The translations under genes and the position numbers were made by a program. DNA of 32,000 bases, taken from Coprobacillaceae bacterium (GTDB lineage: Bacteria > Bacillota_I > Bacilli_A > Erysipelotrichales > Coprobacillaceae). Numbering within the stretch: position 1 is the first letter of the stretch; each line of letters starts with the position of its first letter. Shown here piece after piece: positions 1 to 11,800 of this stretch. The notes under the pieces were generated by a model that saw only the letters and a program-made list of their open reading frames with translations, ran no database searches and was not told where the DNA came from. The stretch lies in NCBI GenBank assembly GCA_963675515.1, contig OY776328.1:1860001-1892000 (forward strand), given 5' to 3'.

Positions 1-315
1 TCGGCCGAATATTCCTAGACCGAACTCAGTCTGTACATGGACAATGTCTGGCTGGAAATCCCGAATTTCCCGCATCCCAGAATAAGAATATATGTTGCAG
101 GCGCGATATCCGTAAAGCAATGACATTTCCAAGCCTGGAACCCTGACAATATTGTCATTGATATCATCCTTATAATCGCTGTCACTAGGCAATTCGCTAG
201 TGATGACAATGACCTCATGTTTGTTTTTAACCAGCGCATCATGCAATGTTTTCGTACTGGTGGCGACGCCGTTTAGATCCGGCAAATATGTATCTGAAAA
301 TAACGCTACTCTCAA
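1..315 (-). CDS. Glycosyltransferase family 4, N-terminal 105 codons only (the CDS continues past the left edge); probable glycolipid (glycosyl-diacylglycerol) synthase
   Basis: Not in the ORF track (open-ended, TTG start). Hand translation of the minus strand from TTG 315-313 gives MRVALFSDTYLPDLNGVATSTKTLHDALVKNKHEVIVITSELPSDSDYKDDINDNIVRVPGLEMSLLYGYRACNIYSYSGMREIRDFQPDIVHVQTEFGLGIFGR, with no stop down to base 1. This is the classic GT4 N-terminal pattern. An AGGAGAGAG Shine-Dalgarno at 327-319 overlaps the TAG of the upstream gene. Confidence 0.8.
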   Translation of the reverse strand, partial: MRVALFSDTYLPDLNGVATSTKTLHDALVKNKHEVIVITSELPSDSDYKDDINDNIVRVPGLEMSLLYGYRACNIYSYSGMREIRDFQPDIVHVQTEFGLGIFGR

Positions 316-325
316 ATTCTCTCTC

Positions 326-1342
326 CTAACCATTAATTTCGCGATCTAACGCAAAGACAAGACCTCCCAAAATTAATCCCAAATAATATGTAATGATCCT
401 CCATAAAAGCATAGTTGTCGGTGTCAACACCCCACCTAAAAGTGGTGAGAACAAAATGAAGTATATTCCTTCAGAGCCCCCACTAGCACCAGGAACCGGA
501 ACAAATGCGGTAACCATATAAATAAACGAAGATATCCCGATGAATTCAAAAAGCTGATAGAAGTCCAAAGGGACATTCAAAGCCAATCCGGCAAAAAAGG
601 GAATTGAATATATGAAAATAAGTTTGAGGACATTTCCAATTGAAGCCTCAACCAACAGTCTTTTGTTTTTCTTAAGATGTTTTACTTCTTTTCTGAAGTT
701 ATTCAACTGAACCTCAAAACGGATCTTGGTGTCATGAAAATTCTTGACAATTTTCACCTTGGCCAGAAGCCTGATTACTACGTTTGAGATGAATTTTTGA
801 AATTTTGACGAACTTGCACCAAGATACAATCCGACGATTACAAAAAAATTGACAAGGAAACCCACCAAAGTCAGAAGAAAAACGTCCGAATAGAGCGCCC
901 TATAAGCATTGAAGCGAAAAGCAATGACAACAATCGAAAACGCGACCAAAACAGTCTGGTAGACAATAAATCCCATAAGCAATATGCTCGAAGACTCGCA
1001 AGGTTTAACCTTTTGTTTGTTAAACACGTAAACTTGAGCAAATTGCCCGCCGCTGCTAAAAGGAGTTACACCATTAAAAAAAGCAGCAGACAAGGAATTT
1101 TTAAGACCTTGTTTGTATTTATAATTTTTATTGTACATTCTGGAAAACTTGGTCAATATAAGTGCGTCAACCAGAAAATAACAGAACATCACAAAAAAGC
1201 CGATAAATACAAAGAACAAATTCGCATTCTTCAGTGCCCTCAAAGCATCACCCAAATTATCCTTGAATAGAAGATAAATAGAGGCCCCGGAGACGAGCAG
1301 GACAAGCAATAAATTCCTTAAAATAGTTTTCCGATTATTCAT
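326..1342 (-). CDS. Flippase-like / lysylphosphatidylglycerol-synthase TM-region family (UPF0104-type) polytopic membrane protein
   Basis: 338 aa with an ATG start and many hydrophobic segments. It has a basic N-terminus followed by a TM helix (RKTILRNLLLVLLVSGASIYLL) and a C-terminal PVPGASGGSEG motif like the conserved P-G-G-x-G-x-x-E of this family. It sits between two GT4 genes with 4-10 nt gaps. Confidence 0.7.
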   Translation of the reverse strand: MNNRKTILRNLLLVLLVSGASIYLLFKDNLGDALRALKNANLFFVFIGFFVMFCYFLVDALILTKFSRMYNKNYKYKQGLKNSLSAAFFNGVTPFSSGGQFAQVYVFNKQKVKPCESSSILLMGFIVYQTVLVAFSIVVIAFRFNAYRALYSDVFLLTLVGFLVNFFVIVGLYLGASSSKFQKFISNVVIRLLAKVKIVKNFHDTKIRFEVQLNNFRKEVKHLKKNKRLLVEASIGNVLKLIFIYSIPFFAGLALNVPLDFYQLFEFIGISSFIYMVTAFVPVPGASGGSEGIYFILFSPLLGGVLTPTTMLLWRIITYYLGLILGGLVFALDREING

Positions 1343-1346
1343 AAGA

Positions 1347-2357
1347 TTACCTGTTGTTCAAAGTTTCGTGATAGACAGTTATCAACTGTTTACCAACCTC
1401 TTTTATATTCCGCTGTGAAGCTACTTCATAACCGGCATTTGCCAAACTATTTGAATCATTATAAATGATTTCATTCATTTGATGAATGAAATCCTCCAGG
1501 TCACTACCCATATGGCAATTGATTCCGCTTTGCATCCAGCCATCAAAAACCGGGATGTCACGCAACAAGACATTCTTGCACTTGCAAGCCAAAGCCTCAA
1601 GGACGACTATACCCTCAGTTTCTTCTCTGGACGGAAAGAAGAAAACGTCACACCTTGAATACGCGCCAATTAACGTTGTTGAATCAACGTAACCAGCCAT
1701 CAGTACATTGTCTGGCAAATTCCTGAGAATTTTCAATATATTTCCAGTTGGCGCCGACTTCTCAACGTCTCCGAACCAAATAAACTTTACGTCAGGAAAT
1801 TTCTTTGCCACTTCTATGAATGTATCAAAGCCTTTGCGTTCAAAAACCCATCCGACAGATATTACGATTTTATCTTCCGGATTTATCTTGAAATCGGACA
1901 CAAACTGATGTTCATATTCGCTGGAGTTTTTGAATCTATCCAAATCAATACCGTTGGAAATTGGCGTGATTGGAATCTCGATACCATATGATAACAAAAG
2001 TTTTTTTGAATATGGAGTCGGAGTTATGATATGGTCGCCCTGAGTATACAACTTTATAAGCCATTTTTTATAAAAAGGAGCCAAGGCGTTTGAAAACATG
2101 AATGAGTTCTTGAAATCCTCCTCGGTGGAGTGCGCATGAATTATGACTTTCTTTCCTTGTCGTTTTGCCTTTTTAGCCTCAAAATAACTGTTGACAAAAG
2201 GAGTGTTGATGTGAACAAGATCAAAGTCTCTATCCTTGACGGAAGTTGTATATTCGATGTTGTTCAATTCCAATGCTTTTTGTTGATGGTAGAAAGCTTT
2301 ACCAATTCCTGATAACTTTACCGTGTTTTCGTTACCTACGTATAATTTTATTTTCAT
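1347..2357 (-). CDS. Glycosyltransferase family 4; probable glycolipid synthase
   Basis: 336 aa. The N-terminus MKIKLYVGNENTVKLSGIGKAFYHQ is typical of GT4, and the C-terminal half has the GT4 E-x7-E type region (PSREETEGIVVLEALAC). AAGGTGA Shine-Dalgarno lies 4 nt upstream of the ATG. Confidence 0.85.
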   Translation of the reverse strand: MKIKLYVGNENTVKLSGIGKAFYHQQKALELNNIEYTTSVKDRDFDLVHINTPFVNSYFEAKKAKRQGKKVIIHAHSTEEDFKNSFMFSNALAPFYKKWLIKLYTQGDHIITPTPYSKKLLLSYGIEIPITPISNGIDLDRFKNSSEYEHQFVSDFKINPEDKIVISVGWVFERKGFDTFIEVAKKFPDVKFIWFGDVEKSAPTGNILKILRNLPDNVLMAGYVDSTTLIGAYSRCDVFFFPSREETEGIVVLEALACKCKNVLLRDIPVFDGWMQSGINCHMGSDLEDFIHQMNEIIYNDSNSLANAGYEVASQRNIKEVGKQLITVYHETLNNR

Positions 2358-2373
2358 CTAATCACCTTAACTA

Positions 2374-2402
2374 ATTATATTATAAAAACGCATAAATTTA
2401 AA
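2374..2402 (-). promoter_or_regulatory. Candidate sigma-70 promoter of the GT4/flippase-like/GT4 operon
   Basis: On the minus strand: TTTAAA (2402-2397), a 17-nt spacer, then TATAAT (2379-2374), about 15 nt upstream of the Shine-Dalgarno of the 1347-2357 gene. Confidence 0.4.
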
Positions 2403-2403
2403 G

Positions 2404-2429
2404 CTTTAAGACAATATTTGCCTATATTA
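2404..2429 (+). repeat. Left copy of the target-site duplication flanking the IS1202-group element
   Basis: CTTTAAGACAATATTTGCCTATATTA (26 nt) matches 3547-3573 (27 nt) apart from a single-base indel. It abuts the TGT-start left inverted repeat. Confidence 0.75.
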
Positions 2430-2543
2430 TGTCTAGAACGAATATGATATTGTCTTATTGTAAGGAAGATGATTATGTCCCAAAGCCATATATCATTTCC
2501 GGGAAATATGGTATCATAACCCTCTATGATTTTAAGGAAGTAT

Positions 2544-2958
2544 ATGATGAGAAAGATTGATCTTAGAATGAATGAATTAGAGAAATATAGAGTAATCAAG
2601 AAACTGGTTAAACTAATGGCAACAAGAAGCTATCAGCTACGAAACTTAACTGTTCAACCAGGATAGTCAACCGGCTAATCTTGAAATATAAATTGGCTAG
2701 CTACACCATGGCAACCGTGGCAATCTACCTGCACATACTTTTGATCCCGAAACTAAGGCAATGATTATTGATTTGTATGTTTCTAAGTATACCGATGCCA
2801 ATTTGGCTCATTTTGCCGAAATTGTTGAGGAGGGGCTGAAAATCAAAGTTTCTGACACCACCATCAATAACTGGTTGAAGCAGGAATATGTTTTATCCTC
2901 AAAAGCTAGAAGAAAGACCAAGAAGGCTATGAAAATTTTGAATGACCACATGGCTTAG
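2544..2958 (+). pseudogene. IS1202/ISNCY-type transposase, N-terminal HTH region; frameshifted and truncated
   Basis: The reading runs over three frames: MMRKIDLRMNELEKYRVIKKLV..., then (+1) TNGNKKLSATKLNCSTRIVNRLILKYK..., then (+1) HHGNRGNLPAHTFDPETKAMIIDLYVSKYTDANLAHFAEIVEEGLKIKVSDTTINNWLKQEYVLSSKARRKTKKAMK, followed by a stop. There are at least two frameshifts, and no DDE catalytic domain follows. Confidence 0.75.
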
Positions 2959-3095
2959 GTTGAAATTTTCAGTTGTGAAATATAGAAATTTTGTCACTCA
3001 ATAACACACCAAATTTATACATACCAGATAAAATACTATCTTTTCACAAATCAAAAAGCTATGCTCCTGTGGCATATGGTCATTCAAATAAGGGA

Positions 3096-3124
3096 TTGAT
3101 TTTTCCGCCATTTTTTATTATAAT
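3096..3124 (+). promoter_or_regulatory. Orphan sigma-70-like promoter inside the decayed IS
   Basis: TTGATT (3096-3101), a 17-nt spacer, then TATAAT (3119-3124). A strong hairpin with a T-run lies about 20 nt downstream, with no plausible ORF between them. Confidence 0.35.
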
Positions 3125-3142
3125 CATATTGTTCTTATGAGC

Positions 3143-3186
3143 AGATAGAAATCAAACTGTGGTTGGGGAGATTTCTATCTTTTTTC
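3143..3186 (+). terminator. Rho-independent terminator-like hairpin (plus strand)
   Basis: AGATAGAAATC (3143-3153) pairs perfectly with GATTTCTATCT (3170-3180): an 11-bp stem with a 16-nt loop, followed by TTTTT. Confidence 0.5.
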
Positions 3187-3218
3187 TTTCTAAAGGATAT
3201 ATTCTAAGTTAAGAATAG

Positions 3219-3266
3219 CAAAAAAAGATACAGCTGCCAAATAATAACAATCGGCTGTATCTTTTC
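3219..3266. terminator. Bidirectional terminator-like hairpin
   Basis: AGATACAGC (3226-3234) pairs with GCTGTATCT (3254-3262): a 9-bp stem with a 19-nt loop. It has an A7 run on the left and T4 on the right, so the T-run is better on the minus strand. Confidence 0.35.
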
Positions 3267-3302
3267 AAATCTTACACCTCAAGAAAGTTTGAAGGTAAAT
3301 AA

Positions 3303-3494
3303 GATGGCAAATATATTGAACCATCACTCATCTTGTTCGGAGCGGCAATATTAAACTATCTTGGATATTCGAAAAACTTTTACGGAGAACAGGCTACCAA
3401 GCCATAGAAGAAAAAGCATTATATACCGCCACTAAGCCATCCAATGGAAACAAGCTTCCTATATGAATTACTTGGCAAAACAAAAGCACCGTGA
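3303..3494 (+). pseudogene. Possible C-terminal remnant of the same transposase
   Basis: The frame reads ...KKKHYIPPLSHPMETSFLYELLGKTKAP, then a stop at 3492-3494, about 50 nt before the right IR. There is an in-frame TAG at 3405. The I-P-P-x-x-H-P motif near the C-terminus matches only my weak recollection of ISNCY/IS1202 transposase tails. Confidence 0.3.
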
Positions 3495-3546
3495 AAACAG
3501 TGCAAATGTTTAACAATTTTTAAGACATTATCAATTTCGCTTGACA

Positions 3547-3573
3547 CTTTAAGACAATATTTGCCATATATTA
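3547..3573 (+). repeat. Right copy of the target-site duplication
   Basis: CTTTAAGACAATATTTGCCATATATTA (27 nt), immediately after the right IR, which ends ...CGCTTGACA at 3546. Confidence 0.75.
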
Positions 3574-3595
3574 TGGCAGTTACCAATATATAATA

Positions 3596-3619
3596 TAAAA
3601 AAAAGGACTTACGTCCTTG
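3596..3619 (-). terminator. Rho-independent terminator of the rRNA operon
   Basis: On the minus strand: AAGGAC-GTAA-GTCCTT followed by T8, starting about 7 nt after the 5S 3' end. The same 23-nt module recurs at 22449-22471. Confidence 0.8.
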
Positions 3620-3625
3620 ATTTCA

Positions 3626-3733
3626 AACTGGCAGCTTGCTATTGTCGCACATTGCACTATCGTCGCCGTTATGATGCTTAACTTCTGTGTTCGGGATGGG
3701 AACAGGTGTGTCCATCATGCCATCGTTACCAGA
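3626..3733 (-). rRNA. rrf: 5S ribosomal RNA
   Basis: The reverse complement reads TCTGGTAACGATGGCATGATGGACACACCTGTTCCCATCCCGAACACAGAAGTTAAGCATCAT...GCAAGCTGCCAGT. It has the conserved CCCGAACACAGAAGTTAAGC core and complementary ends for helix I. Confidence 0.9.
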
Positions 3734-3803
3734 TTGTTGAGTTTTCTTGAGATCACTCAAAACTAGATAATAATCGAATTGTTGTTTGTTGTCTTTGTCC
3801 AAT

Positions 3804-6704
<2,901 letters not shown>

Positions 6705-6964
6705 ATTGGTGTTTGATTAAACTTTTTTAGTTTTAGTTTTTTCTTAGTTTTTTTTCGACTTTTTCTAGAAAGACCACATAAATTGTTTTAAATCTATCTG
6801 GTTATAATTTTGGAAATTTTCATTTCCTCGATCTCTTTTCTATCTTTCGATTATTATCCAGTTTTCAATGATCTCTTGAGCAACCTCTCAGTTCACTCAA
6901 AACTAAACAGAATTTCTTCACAACTTTTGCTTTTGTCCAACCGACAAGTTGAACGGTTCTCCTT

Positions 6965-8493
<1,529 letters not shown>

Positions 8494-8616
8494 TATGTAA
8501 ACAATAATGTTTGTTTAGCTCTTTTTAAATCTTTATTCTTATTGAATAATTGACGTTGTGTTTTTAATTCTGTTTAGTTTTCAATGAACTGTGACTCGTC
8601 TTGAGTCGACTTGATT

Positions 8617-8645
8617 ATCTTACAACATAGAGTAATAAATGTCAA
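8617..8645 (-). promoter_or_regulatory. rRNA promoter, proximal (P2)
   Basis: On the minus strand: TTGACA (8645-8640), a 17-nt spacer, then TAAGAT (8622-8617), about 120 nt upstream of the mature 16S 5' end. Confidence 0.6.
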
Positions 8646-8700
8646 TACTTTAATGAAAATATTATTTCATCCATATGAGTTTATTTCCTAGTGCATTAAT

Positions 8701-8729
8701 ATCTTACCATCCTTTTTTTTGATTGTAAA
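8701..8729 (-). promoter_or_regulatory. rRNA promoter, distal (P1)
   Basis: On the minus strand: TTTACA (8729-8724), a 17-nt spacer, then TAAGAT (8706-8701), 84 nt upstream of P2 and with the same -10 hexamer. Confidence 0.5.
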
Positions 8730-8821
8730 GAGAATAAATCCAAAACTTTCGATAAATTTGATTGCAATTGGAAATGGAAAATATTTTGTTGTCCACATGC
8801 GTTGTAGTGTGGCAGTCAAAA

Positions 8822-8846
8822 GAAAAAAAGCGCAAATTATGCGCTT
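8822..8846 (-). terminator. Rho-independent terminator after the PFOR gene
   Basis: AGCGCA-AATTA-TGCGCT hairpin (8829-8845) with T7 downstream on the minus strand, 9 nt after the stop codon. Confidence 0.8.
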
Positions 8847-8854
8847 TTTAAGAA

Positions 8855-11800
8855 TTATAAAATAACTTCAGCAGCCAAACGATCTAATCGAGCACGACGT
8901 TTAACAGCATCTGATTCAGTCTTTTCCTTAAGTTCTTGTGCATGAACTGGATTGATACGCGCCAATTGAGCGTAACGAGTTTCACTATTCAAGAAATCTT
9001 GGAATTTTGTAAAATCTGGAGCTTTTGAATCCATTTGTAATGGGTTCTTACCTTCGGCTTCCAAGCGTGGATCGAATCTGAATAAGTTGAAGTATCCACA
9101 ATCAACCGCCGCTTTTTCCTGACGTTGATGCATTGCCATACCACCCTTGATACCATGTTGTTGGCATGGAGAGTAGGCGATAATCAATGAAGGTCCATCG
9201 TAAGCTTCCGCTTCTTTGATAGCTTTGATTGTTTGAGCGGTATTGGCACCCATTGCAATTTGGGCTACATATACATGCCCATAAGCCATTGCGATTTGAG
9301 CCAGATCCTTTTTCGCACCTTTTTTACCACCAGCAGTAAACTTGGCGATTGAAGCAGCTTGTGAAGATTTAGATGACTGACCACCTGTATTTGAATAGAT
9401 TTCAGTATCCAATACCAATATATTTACGTTTTCATCATTTGCCAGAACATGGTCTACACCGCCGTAACCGATGTCATAAGCCCATCCGTCACCACCGACG
9501 ATCCATTGTGATTTGGAAACAAGATCACGTTCAACTGCTTTTAGAGCTTTTATTCCTTCATTTTTAGAAGCATCAATCAATTCGATCAATTTAGGAGCAA
9601 TTTCACGTTCTTTTTCGCGATTACCCTTGTTTGAACGATATTCATCGATAACTGCTTTCAAATCGTCTTCAAGAGCATCATAGTTGTCTTCCATGACTTT
9701 CAAGATATAACCTTCTTGATAGTTGCTTGCAAGACGCATACCAAATCCATATTCCGCATTGTCTTCAAACAGTGAGTTGGCCCAAGCAGGTCCTTCGCCG
9801 TTTTCATCCACAGTGAATGGTGATGAAGGTGTAGAACCACAATAGATTGAAGTACATCCTGTAGCGTTGGCAATCAACATGTCTTTACCGAATAATTGGG
9901 TAACCAATCTGTAGTATGGAGTTTCCCCACATCCCGCACAGGCACCTGACACTTCAAAGTATGGACGTTTGAATCCGACTCCCTTTGCAGACACTGCTGG
10001 GTATTTGTCATCACGATATTTTGTTTCTTTGTACAGGTAGTTTGCCAATGGAGCATGAACCAGCTCAGCATGAACAGGCACCATTTCCAATGCCTTTACA
10101 CCTTTTTTACCTGGACATTCAATCATACAAGTTCCACAACCTACGCAGTTATCAGGTGAAATTTGGATTCTGTAGTGTAATCCCTCAACATTTTTACCGA
10201 CTGGAGTCAACACGTCATCACTGATATCTTCAGGTGCACCGGCCATCTCTTCATCTGTTAACAAGAATGCACGGATTGTCGCATGTGGACAAACCATAAC
10301 ACAAGTATTACATTGGATACAGTTCTCTTTGATCCATTTTGGGACTTGAGTCGCGATTGCACGGTGTTCTTCAAAAGCGATACCGGTTTTGAATGAACCG
10401 TCAAGCTTATCCGTAAACGCAGACGTAGGCAAATCGTATCCATCAAGTGAATTGATTACTGAAACAAATTCATCAAAGTATTCATCACCAGTTTTAGTAT
10501 TAGTAGTATTAACTGTCAATGAAGACCATTCAGCTTGAACCGGAACTTCAACCACTTGGTCTTTTCCAGCGTCAATTGCCTTGTAGTTCATCTCGACAAT
10601 TTCATCACCTTTTGCACCATATGATTTTTTAGCCATTTCTTTCATATAGCTTACAGCATCTTCGATAGGAAGAATTTGTGGGTTCATGGCAAAGAATGCA
10701 GATTGCAGAATTGTGTTGGTTCTACGACCCATACCGATCGATTCCGCGATTTGATTGGCGTTTATGATATAGAACTTAGCTTTTTTGTCAGCCAGTTGTT
10801 TCTTAACTCTGTTTGGCAGGTAGTCAACGATTTCTTCAGGAGTGAATTCGGTATTCAACAAGAAAGTACCACCTTCTTTTAAATCACGAAGCATGTCATA
10901 TTTGAGTACATAGTTGTCCAAAGACGAAGAAATGAAATCCGCCTGATTCACATAATAAGTGGCTTTGATTGGAGAATTCCCAAAACGCAAGTTAGATCTT
11001 GTTACCCCACCGGCTTTTTTAGAGTCATAAGCAAAATATGCTTGAGAATATAAATCAGTATGGTCGCCGATGATTTTGATTGACGATTTATTTGCAGAAA
11101 CCGTACCATCAGATCCCAAACCGTAGAATAGACAACCTGAATAATCCGCAACAACTTTGAATTCTTCATCAGCAGGCAATGACAAGTTAGTTACGTCATC
11201 GATAATACCGACTGTGAATCCATGGAAAGGTTCTTCTTTTGCAATGTGATCATAAACCGGTTTGATATCTTGAGGGCGTGTGTTTTTAGAAGAAAGTCCA
11301 TAACGTCCACCTACAATTGTTTTGACGTGATCTACGTCTTTCAACACAGACACAACATCCAGGTACAATGGTTCCCCAGTAGCGCCCATCTCTTTAGTAC
11401 GGTCCAAAACAGCTACGCTAGTCACTGTTTCAGGTAAAACTTTCAACAGATATTTTGCTGAGAAAGGACGATATAAATGGACTTTGATCAAACCAACTTT
11501 CTCACCAAGTCTGTTCATAGCATCTACTGTTTCAATGATAGTTTCAGTGACTGAACCCATCGCAATAATCACTCTTGTTGCATCAGGAGCACCATAATAT
11601 GTGAATGGAGCATATTCTCTGCCGGTTTCTTGCGAGATTTTGTCCATATAATCAGCAACAACTTCCACAACTTTATCATAATGAGCGTTTTGAGCTTCTC
11701 TTCCTTGGAAGTAGATATCATCATTTTCAGCCCCACCACGTAAAATTGGGTTTGTATGTGGATTTAAAGCATTGGCCTTGAATTTGGCAACAGCTTCTTT

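Larger units (their letters stand above)
2430..3546 (+). mobile_element. Decayed insertion sequence, IS1202 group of the ISNCY family (about 1.1 kb; internally deleted or scrambled)
   Basis: Imperfect terminal inverted repeats are present. IRL 2430-2457 is TGTCTAGAACGAATATGATATTGTCTTA. The reverse complement of 3521-3546 is TGTCAAGCGAAATTGATAATGTCTTA, about 22 of 28 aligned positions, and both begin TGT. The element is flanked by 26/27-bp direct repeats. It contains frameshifted fragments of a transposase whose N-terminus matches my recollection of IS1202-type proteins. A 27-28 bp target duplication and TGT ends are the published hallmarks of IS1202. Confidence 0.75.

Noticed and set aside
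15-242. 75-aa minus-strand ORF from the track at the left edge
   Set aside because: It is in the wrong frame. The neighbouring frame, read from TTG 315, gives a clean GT4 N-terminus with an SD and stays open to base 1.
2375-2599. 74-aa minus-strand ORF spanning the promoter, the target duplication and the IS left end
   Set aside because: It crosses the IS boundary and the operon promoter, has no SD, and gives a low-complexity translation.
3351-3419. 22-aa hydrophobic minus-strand ORF (MLFLLWLGSLFSVKVFRISKIV) inside the IS relic; considered as a type I toxin
   Set aside because: The ribosome-binding context is weak (GGCGG). The candidate plus-strand small RNA (about 3131-3186) does not overlap it. 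It is simply antisense to the transposase C-terminal remnant, so the evidence is insufficient.
6705-6964. 16S-23S spacer checked for tRNA-Ile/tRNA-Ala genes
   Set aside because: The spacer is AT-rich and low-complexity, with no cloverleaf-capable GC-rich arms or T-loop GTTCGA-like motif.
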